Of a stretch of 64,000 nt of DNA, positions 54,330 through 64,000 are shown piece after piece (positions within the stretch are counted from its first letter, which is position 1; the number at the start of each line of letters is the position of its first letter). The translations under genes were made by a program, and so were the position numbers. The notes under the pieces are model-generated. The model saw only the letters and a program-made list of their open reading frames with translations. It was not told the DNA's origin and made no database searches. This DNA comes from Octopus vulgaris (Eukaryota). The stretch lies in contig OX597842.1 of assembly GCA_951406725.2 (NCBI GenBank), positions 8,556,001-8,620,000 of the forward strand. The letters run 5' to 3'.

Positions 54330-55612
54330 TTTCTACTCTAGGCACAAGGCCAGAAATTTTGGGGAAGGGGGCCAGACGATTAGCAACTGGTACTTAATTT
54401 ATCGACCCTGAAAGGATGAAAGGCAAAGTTGACCTCGGTGGAATTTGAAATCAGAACATAAAGACAGACGAAATACCTATTTCTTTACTACCCACAAGGG
54501 GCTAAACACAGAGGGGACAAGCAAGGACAGACAAACGGATTAAGTCGATTACATCGACCCCAGTGCGTAAGTGGTACTTAATTTATCGACCCCGAAAGGA
54601 TGAAAGGCAAAGTCGACCTCGGTGGAATTTGAACTCAGAACGTAACAGCAGCCGAAATACCTATTTCTTTACTACCCACAAGGGGCTAAACACAGAGGAG
54701 ACAAACAAGGACAGACAAACGGATTAAGTCGATTACATCGACCCCAGTGCGTAAGTGGTACTTAATTTATCGACCCCGAAAGGATGAAAGGCAAAGTCGA
54801 CCTCGGTGGAATTTGAACTCAGAACGTAACAGCAGCCGAAATACCTATTTCTTTACTACCCACAAGGGGCTAAACACAGAGGAGACAAACAAGGACAGAC
54901 AAACGGATTAAGTCGATTACATCGACCCCAGTGCGTAAGTGGTACTTAATTTATCGACCCCGAAAGGATGAAAGGCAAAGTCGACCTCGGTGGAATTTGA
55001 ACTCAGAACGTAACAGCAGCCGAAATACCTATTTCTTTACTACCCACAAGGGGCTAAACACAGAGGAGACAAACAAGGACAGACAAACGGATTAAGTCGA
55101 TTACATCGACCCCAGTGCGTAAGTGGTACTTAATTTATCGACCCCGAAAGGATGAAAGGCAAAGTCGACCTCGGTGGAATTTGAACTCAGAACATAACAG
55201 CAACCGAAATACCTATTTCTTTACTACCCACAAGGGGCTAAACACAGAGGGGACAAGCAAGGACAGACAAACGGATTAAGTCAATGGATTACATCAACCC
55301 CAGTGCGTAACTGGTACTTAATTTATCGACCCTGAAAGGATGAAAGGCAAAGTCGACCTCAGTGGAATTTGAACTCAGAACGTAACGGCAGCCGAAATAC
55401 CTATTTCTTTACTACCCACAAGGGGCTAAACACAGAGGGGACAAGCAAGGACAGACAAACAGATTAAGTCAACGGATTACATCGACCCCAGTGCGTAACT
55501 GGTACTTAATTTATCGACCCTGAAAGGATGAAAGGCAAAGTTGACCTCAGTGGAATTTGAACTCAGAACGTAAAGACAGACGAAATACCGCTAAGCATTT
55601 CGCCCAGCATGC
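54330..55612 (-). repeat. Tandem array of SINE-B bodies, 184-188 bp period
   Basis: The gaaatac anchor falls at 54470, 54654, 54838, 55022, 55206, 55394 and 55582. Confidence 0.9.
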
Positions 55613-55640
55613 TGAAGACAATAACAGATATTGATGTGAT

Positions 55641-56038
55641 AGGCGCAGGAGTGGCTGCGTGGTAAGTAGCTTGCTTACCAACCACATGGTTCTGGGTTCA
55701 GTCCCACTGTATGGCACCTTGGGCAAGTGTCTTCTACTATAGCCTCGGGTCGACCAAAGCCTTGTGAGTGGATTTGGTAGACGGAAACTGAAAGAAGCCC
55801 GTCGTATATATGTATATATATCTCTGTGTGTGTGTGTGTGTGTGTGTGTGTTTGTGTGTCTGTGTTTGTCTCCCCAACATCGCTTGACAACCGATGCTGG
55901 TGTGTTTACGTCCCCGTAACTTAGCAGTTCAGCAAAAGAGACTGATAGAATAAGTACAAGTCCTGGAGTCAATTTGCTCGACTAAAGGCGGTGCTCCAGC
56001 ATGGCTGCAGTCAAATGACTGAAACAAGTAAAAGAGTA
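55641..56038 (+). mobile_element. SINE family A, near full-length copy
   Basis: Complete head, central microsatellite and tail. Confidence 0.8.
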
Positions 56039-56944
56039 ATACATAGACACCTTGATTTCATGGTAACTTTTCCATGACCTAATGAGGGAGCCTGTACACC
56101 TTAACAAGAAATAGCAGCTAAATATCCTTCAGATTACACCCAATGTATGAAAAGAAGGCAATTATTACTCTCAAATGGGTATGCAAGTATCTTGAAAACA
56201 CCCGGCAGAGTGATGGTTGGGCCCTATATAGTTACAGGTTACCCTTTGGCAAGGCATAACGCCCATTTAGCCACCCTGCCAGGCATATGGTGAAGTCATG
56301 GGACTGAAGTATGGTGGACTGTGATGGGGTAGTGGAAGAGCTCAACTGATCCAGAAGGAATCCTAGAAGATTAATGGTCAGAATCTATAAGTTCTATCAA
56401 GAGGATCTCTGCAATGCATCCATAGGGATGCGTATCCATGGTGGTGTAATCAGCTAATGAAATATACATTACTTTATTTACATTATTTACATTTGATGGA
56501 TATTCGTCCTCATCTCTTTTGATGGAGTTTGAGGATGATGACTATTGATCTTCTAAGATTCCTCTGCTCAGCATATGGCGTAGTGGTTAAGAGTGCGGGC
56601 TACTAACCCCAAGATTCTGAGTTCGATTCTAGGCAGTGACCTGAATAATAACAATAATTATTATTTACAATTGACGGATATTTGTCCTCATCTTGTTTGT
56701 TGTTAACACAACATTTTGGTTGATATACCCTCCAGCCTTCATCAGGTGTCTTGGGGAAATTTCAAACCTGGGTTCTCATTCCTAAGGTATTTTTCAATGT
56801 TATTACTATTATTATTATTATTATTAAGTGAGAGAGTAGTGCATGCCATCAAAGTGAATTCCATCGACTAAAATCCTTCAAGGTGGTGCTCCAGCATGGC
56901 AGCAGTTCAATGACCGAAACAAGTGAAAAATAATATATCGCTAT

Positions 56945-57365
56945 TCCCACCACTACCACCACCACCACTACCACCATTACAACTACTACTAACACCACCA
57001 CCACCACTACCGCCATTGTCACCACTACCATAACAACCAGCACTACTACCACCACTACAACTACTACTACCACCACCACCATTACTACCACTGCCACCAC
57101 TACCACCACTACCACCACCACCACTACTACCACTGCCACCTCTACTACTACCCCTACAACTACCACCACCACCACTACTACCCCTACAACCACCACTACT
57201 ACCACCACCATTGCCACCACCACTACCACCACCACCACTACTACAACTACTCACAACTACTACCACTGCCACTACCATCACTACCGCCACTGCCACCACT
57301 ATTACCACCACCTTCAGCACCACCACCACCACCACCACCACCACTACCATTAGTACTACAACTAC
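56945..57365. repeat. (ACC/ACT)n trinucleotide mosaic
   Basis: Direct reading; explains the poly-Val and poly-Gly ORFs. Confidence 0.9.
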
Positions 57366-57833
57366 GTCTCCCAAGATTTCAAATATGCCAAGGTGTATAT
57401 CGCCTATTTTTGGTTTTATGACATTTAACCTCCACCACCACCCCTGACACCAAACACTCACCCACCACCCACATCCACCCCACCGACTTCAAATCCACAC
57501 CCTGTAACCTAAGAGGAAGGGTGGCGGCGGTGACAGTGCAAGGGGGCGAGGGAAGGGGCAGTGTGGTGTGCTGCGCAACCAACCCAACGACCAGCGACCA
57601 GGCCACAAGTAGTTATGGGTTGACAGAGAAGAAATAATAAACTAGGTCAGGTGATTGTGAAGGAATTTCGTCCTGTGTGTGTGTGTGTGTGTGTTGCCAG
57701 GTGTGGCTGAGCGGTTGAATGAATTTCCGGGTTCGGTCCTGCTGCTGGACATCTTGGAGTGATATCTTCTACTACTATGGGTCCCATGTCAAAATAATAT
57801 TTTGTCGGAGGAATTCGCTAGATGGGAACACTC

Positions 57834-57864
<31 letters not shown>

Positions 57865-60800
57865 TTGTATATGTGTCTATGTGTGTATGTGTTGTGTATG
57901 TATGTGTATGTATATGTGTGTATACACATGTGTGTATGTATGTGTTGTATGTGTTATGTATGTGTGTGTATGTATGTGTATGTATATGTGTATACACATG
58001 TGTGTATGTATGTGTGTGTATGTGTATGTATATGTGTATATACATGTGTGTATGTGTGTTGTGTATGTATGTGTGTGTGTGTATGTGTATGTATATGTGT
58101 ATACACGTGTGTATGTATGTGTTGTGTATGTATGTGTGTGTATATATGTGTATGTGTGTATGTATGTGTTGTGTGTATGTGTGTCCATGAGTGTATGTGT
58201 GTGTATATGTGTTGTGTGTGTATACGTGTGTGTATGTGTGTGTATAGGTGTTGCATGTATATGTGTTCTGCATGTGTGTGTGTATGTGTGTAGGTATATG
58301 TGAGTGTGTCTTTGTGTCTGTGTTAAACCCTAAGCACTGCTTGACAACCAGTGTTGGTGTGTTTATGTCCCCTACCCCCCTAACTCAGCAGTTCAGCAAA
58401 AGGAGACTGATAGACCAGGTACCAGGCTTAAAAATCAAAGACCAAACATAAATACAGCGGATTGATACATTCGCCTAAAATTTTAGTTGAATAAATTGAT
58501 CCAACAGTAGAGGCACATGGCCTAGTGGTTAGAGTAGCGGACTTGCAGTCATAAGAACGTGGTTTCAATACCTAGACCAGGCACTGTGAGTGTTTATTGA
58601 GCAAAAACACCTAAGCTCCACGAGGCTCCAGCAGGGGGTGAACCCCACTGTACTCTTTCACCACTACTTTCTCTCACTCTTTCTTCCTATTTCTGCCACA
58701 AAGCAGAGGAACCATGGTGTAACCCACTATGGTGTGGTAAACTGTCAGACCCTAGTCTAGATTGTGAATCCTCTGTACCCCAGGATGGTTCAGCTCTCCA
58801 CTCATTAAAAGCCACCGTTTACAGAATGAGGATAACAACGTAGCTTTCAAGCCCGTGCAGCTGCCAGTCTATCGCGTGTGGTGGGTGGATCTTCAAGTTG
58901 CCACACGCATTCTTAGTAGCTTAGAGTAGGCTCAAATTAGAGATTATTCTTTGTGGCTAATGACAGAGTCCTGATTGGAAGAAGAAGAAGACAGCAGCAA
59001 CAAATGGAGGCACAATGGCCCAGGGGTTAGGGCAGCTGACTCGCAGTCGTAAGAACACAGTTTCGATTCCAAGACCGGGCATTGTGAGTGTTTATTGAGC
59101 AAAAACACCTAAGCTCCACGAGGCTCTGGCAGGGAGAGGTGGTGAACCCCGCTGTACTCTTCCTCCACAATTTTCTCTCACTCTTCCTACTTCTGCCACA
59201 AAGCAGAGGAACCATGGTGTAACCCACTATAGTGCCACACGCACTCTTTGTAGTTTAGAGTAGGCTCGAATTAGAGATTATACTTTGTGGCTAATGGCAT
59301 GAGTCCTGATTGGAAGAAGAAGAAGAAGAGCAGCAGCGGACTCGCGGTCAAGGGATCATGGGTTCGAATCTCAGACCAGGTGATGTGTGTGTTTATGAGC
59401 GAAACACCTAAGCCCCACTCGGCTCCGGCAGAAGGTAATGGTGAACTTCTGCTGACTCTTTTGCCACAACTTTCTCTCACTCTTTCCTCCTGCATCTTGC
59501 AGCTCACCTGCGATGGACCGGTGTCCCGTCCAGGTGGGGAACCTATACGCCAAGAAACCGGGAAACCGGACCTATGAGGCAGGCGTGGCTCGAGAAGGAA
59601 CAAACAACAACAAAAACAAATTGACCCCACAACTCGTTTGTTTCGTTTGCACTTCCTTTTTGCAGCCTGGTATTTAGTGTGTCAGTCCCCTTTGCTGAAC
59701 CACTAAGTTATACAGCCATAAACACACCAATGACAGTTGTCATGTAGTGATGGGTATGTAACAAATACAGATAAACACACACACATACACAAACACGCAT
59801 GCCCATAAACACATACGCACACACATAAACGACGGGCTCCTTTCAATTTTTCTCTACCAAATTAACTTCCAAGGCTTTGTTCGTCCTGGGACTATAGTAA
59901 TGGGAAAGAAATCACCAGTTCAATTTCCACTCGTTTCTCTATTTATTTATTCCAGAAAGCATTTTCATCACTGGTCAAAAACATGGCAATGTATTATAAT
60001 AAGGCATTATGACTCTCTGCAGACACAACAAAATTTGTTCCAACTCACAAATCCACATAAGGAATCTCACAAACCAGATACAAAAACGAAGTGTATATAC
60101 ATATATATATTTCATCATCATCATCATTTAGTGTCCGTTTTCCATGCTAGCATGGGTTGGACGGTTCAACTGGGGTCTGTGAAGCCAGAAGGCTGCACCA
60201 GGCCCAGTCTGATCTGGCAATGTTTCTACGGCTGGATGCCCTTCCTAATGCCAACCACTCCAAGAGTGTAGTGGGTGCCTTTTACCACCGACACAGGTGC
60301 CAGACGGAGCTGGCAAACGGCCACGAACGGATGGTGCTTATATGTGCCACCGGCACGGGACTTACATGTGTGTGTGTGTGTGTGTGTATGTGTGTGTATG
60401 TTTGTGTGTCTGTGTTTGTCCCCCCACCATCGCTTGACAACCAATGTTGGTGTGTTATGTCGACATAACTTAGCAGTTCGGCATAAGAGACTGATAGAAT
60501 AAATACTAGGCATAGAAAGAATAAGTCCTGGGGTCGATTTTTTCGACTAAAGACAGTGTTCTAGCATGGCCGCAGTCAAATGAGTGAAATAAATAAAAGA
60601 ATAAATGAAAAAAATATATAGCAATACATAAAGATAAGATCCGAGAATCAAGGTGTAGGAAGTTAGTAAGCTTCAAGTAGTCTATAGAAAGTATAAAAAA
60701 CAACTTTCAGAAACAATAGCGGTTTACTGACGTAGAAGGTTGAAAATTTTTCCCATACTTGAGGTCCGATAAGCTGAAAAAAGTTATATTTTATAGTTAC

Positions 60801-60878
60801 TACTTTCATGGTTCTGCTAGCAATGAAAGAAATGTAACCTAGATTTTATCAACTCCATTACCTGAATTTGGATATATA

Positions 60879-60921
<43 letters not shown>

Positions 60922-60999
60922 ATAAATATTAGGGAATAAATCCAAATTTACAGGGAAAAATCAGATTTAGGATTGAATCCAATTTTATAGTAAAATATA

Positions 61000-61174
61000 A
61001 TATAATATTAATTAGAGACAAAACCACTATTATGCAAATCAAACAAAGAAAGACTTAATCCAATACATAAATTATTAATTATATTTAATTTATATAAAAT
61101 TTTTTATGTATTGGATTAAGTCTTTCTTTGTTTGATTTGCATAATAGTGGTTTTGTCTCAAATTAATATTATAT
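61000..61174. repeat. Near-perfect ~70-bp inverted repeat with a ~30-nt AT loop
   Basis: taatattaattagagacaaaaccac...caatacataaa / tttatgtattgg...gtctcaaattaatatta. Confidence 0.88.
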
Positions 61175-61381
61175 ATATATATATATATATAAACTTTTCT
61201 ACTTACTCAAGGTACAAGTCTCGAAATTTTGGGGGAGGTGGCTAGTCGATTAGATCAACCCCCCAGTGCGTAACTGGTACTTAATTTATCGACCCCGAAA
61301 GGATGAAAGGCAAAGTCAACCTCAGCAGAATTTGAACTTAGAACGTAAAGACAGACAAAATACCGCAAAGCATTTTTCTCA

Positions 61382-61417
<36 letters not shown>

Positions 61418-61418
<1 letters not shown>

Positions 61419-61745
61419 GGTGCATGGCTCAGAAGTTAGAGAGCCGGGCTCACAATCATGAGGTTGTGAGTTCGATTCCCGGACCGTCTGTGTGTTGTGT
61501 TCTTGAGCAAGACCCTTTATTTCACATTGCTCCAGTTCACTCAGCTGTAGAAATGAGTTGCAATGTCACAGGTGCCAAGCTGTATCGGGCCCTTTACCTT
61601 TCTCTTGGATAACATCAGTGGCGTGGAGAGGGGAGGCTGGGGTGCATGGATGACTGCTGGTCTTCCATAAACAACCTTGCCTGGACTTGTGCCTTGTAGG
61701 GGAACTTTCTAGGTGCAATCCTGTGGTCATTCTTGACCAAAGGGA
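61418..61745 (+). mobile_element. tRNA-derived SINE family D
   Basis: tRNA head gagttcgattccc followed by ttcttgagcaagac... body; copies at 47365-47680(-) and 13065-13260. Confidence 0.7.
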
Positions 61746-62024
61746 GTCTTTGTCTTTTACCTTTATGTGTGTGTGTGTGTGTGTGTGTCAGAGGGGGACA
61801 AAAAAGGAACATGGTAAAATAGAAAAAATGACACACAATAGACATGGAGACACCCAACCCTTCATTAGTTATCAACCAAAGGTCATCACCATTCCAACAC
61901 TATCCAGCAATATTGTTCAATTTGGCAGGGTCAGCAACAGAAGCCGTTGGGGTATAAAGAAAGGGACATGATAGATGAACACAAGCAGAGAAAAATAAGA
62001 CAAGTAAAATAGCTAGAAAAAACA

Positions 62025-62470
62025 ATGTTTCTGCCTGCAATGTTATATGGTAGTGAAACATGGGCTACCACAAAGAGAGAAGAGCAAAGACTGATAACGG
62101 CTCAAAGAGCCATGGAAAGGTCAATGCTTGGTATCTCGTTGAGAGAGCACATCAGTAGCAAGATCATCAGAAAGAAGTCCGGCGTGAGAGATGTCATCGC
62201 AGAGTATACTCGCAGCAAGTATAGATGGGCTGGACATGTCGCCCGGCTCACCGATAATCGGTGGACGCACGCAGTTGCCAAGTGGTACCTGCGTGAGCGG
62301 AAAAGACCACCCGGAACACCTCCACGACGGTGGAGTGACGATTTCAAGAGGACGATTGGGATCACGTGGATGAGAAAGGCGCGATCCAGAGAGGAGTGGA
62401 CAGCGTGCTGTGACCAGCGGTGTCAAATGGATGCCTGACGGACTGGTCGGTCAAAGTGGTCAAAGTGATA
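62025..62470 (+). mobile_element. 5'-truncated RTE-clade LINE (ORF2 C-terminus and tail)
   Basis: LPAMLYGSETW, QRAMERSMLG, RWAGHVAR, RPPGTPPRRWSDD; short caaagtg repeats at the tail. Confidence 0.85.
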
Positions 62471-62639
62471 AGCAACAGAAGTGACTGAGAACCTTATGCT
62501 CACACTTGGTATGCCTACACAACAGAGTTCCTAGTCAAATGTCCCAAGTGGTTTCACTCTGCATACTTTAGCTCCATTACTCAAGCAACGGTGTGTTGTA
62601 ATTTCGTTTTTATAGCATCGGTCCTGGTACTTTTTGGTC

Positions 62640-62851
62640 AATGAAATCCAAGAGAATGCGACAAGGTAGCTGCTCACTATCCCCTAAAAAGGATTTCCGG
62701 GAATGCTTCCATCAACGGAAACGACGCTGGATAAATAATTGTGTGGCTTCAAAAGGGGACAACTTTGAAGGAGATTAAATGATGAATTGATATGTGATGT
62801 AGTTTTCTTTTTATAGTACCAATCCAAACACTTTTTTGATCAGCCCTCGTA
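62640..62851 (+). mobile_element. mariner 3' end remnant
   Basis: ECFHQRKRRW..CVASKGDNFEGD* C-terminus followed by a TIR-like end ...cagccctcg|ta. Confidence 0.6.
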
Positions 62852-63469
62852 TACTGCATAGGTTACAAGTATTACAGCCTACCCTGAGATCGCTGTTGAG
62901 AGTTCCCTGATATCAAATAAGTACTTATTCTATTGGTCTCTTTTGCCGAACCGCTAAGTTTCAGGGATGGAAACACACCAACATCGGTTGTCAATTGATG
63001 GTGGGGGGACAAACACAGACACACAAACACATATATATGTACAACAAGCTTCTTTCGGTTTCCATCCACCAAATCCACTCACAGGGCTTTGGTCAGCCCA
63101 AGGCTATAGGAGAAGACACTTGCCCAAGGTGCCACACAATGGGACTGAACCTGGAACCATGTGGTTGGTAACCACTCCGAGAGTGTAGTGGGTGCTTTTT
63201 ACGTACCACTGGCACAGGGGCCAGTCAGGCACACCGGGCATCGATCATGTTCGGATAGTGCTTTTTACATACCACCGGCATGAGAACCTGTCAGGGGGTA
63301 CTGGTACTGGCCACATTCAGATGGTGCTTTTTACATGCCACCAGCATGGGGGCCAGTCAGGTAGATCTGGTATCGACCATGTTTGGATGGTGCTTCTTAC
63401 CTGCCACCAGCACAAGAGCCAGTCTGGGAGTACTGACATCGGCCACATTTGGTTGGTGCTTTTTATGAC

Positions 63470-64000
63470 AATTGCAGTAGAAGACCTTCAAAATTGGATG
63501 CAGATGTTTTGAAAGCTAAATCCAAAGAAAACTCAAATATCACAACTAGAGAACTTGTACAAGAGTTGGAAGTTTCTAAAAGTATGTCTCATAAACACCT
63601 AGTGAAGCTAGAATACATTTCTCACTATGATGTATGGGTCCTTCATAAATTCTTAGAAGAGAACTGCTTGGACCAATATTCCATTTGTGATATGCTTTTG
63701 AAATGGAATGAAAGCATGCCTATTTTTTAAATAACTTGTAACTGGAGATGGAAAACAGATTGTGTACAAAAACATGGTGTGACGAAGATCCTGGAGTTTG
63801 CGTAAGGATTCCTCAAAACAGCAACCAAAGACGAATACCCATGCCAAAAAAGCTTTATGTTTGGTGGAATCGTAAAGGCTTTATATATCATGAGCTTCTC
63901 ACACAAAACTAGACCATTAATTCTGATGCGTACTGTTGTCAGCTGGTTAATTTGAACCAAAAAATCAAAGAATTGAGGCTGGATATTGCCAACAGGAAAC
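63470..64000 (+). mobile_element. mariner transposase pseudogene running off the window
   Basis: HTH TTRELVQELEVSKS, WVLHKF (WVPHEL-like) and VTGDGK (TGDEKW-like), with frameshifts. Confidence 0.8.

Noticed and set aside
56570-56645. tRNA-like sequence (also at 1180, 58510, 59010 and 61420)
   Set aside because: A and B boxes are present but the cloverleaf is imperfect and runs into SINE bodies or (AAT)n tails; these are SINE heads, not tRNA genes.
58510-59340. ~500-bp local duplication containing a SINE-C head
   Set aside because: An ordinary diverged tandem copy with an internal deletion and no functional signal.

Overview
This is AT-rich, microsatellite-dense eukaryotic DNA. The repeat landscape (tRNA-derived SINEs, Penelope, RTE, mariner, Helitron) points to a coleoid cephalopod, probably Octopus; that assignment is inference. 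The one well-supported gene is a minus-strand CTTNBP2/CTTNBP2NL (cortactin-binding protein 2 family) homolog. Four phase-0 coding exons join in frame: 13921-13820, 11720-11481, 8970-8863 and 5608-3839. No start exon is evident, so the rest of the window may be a very large 5' intron. Almost all other ORFs in the track are microsatellite or SINE artefacts. Main observations: (1) a 12-nt in-frame microexon candidate at 25769-25758 (NCLK) and a weaker 9-nt one, with the 12-nt exon lying between a near-identical inverted SINE pair; (2) minimal hammerhead-ribozyme motifs in Penelope-like fragments, one with an intact core on the gene's sense strand; (3) several satellites visibly derived from dispersed transposons; (4) a repeat-spacer array rich in ACTAAY; (5) two local tandem duplications, one with a fold-back junction that cuts a Helitron. 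Repeat boundaries are approximate; exon boundaries were read base by base.
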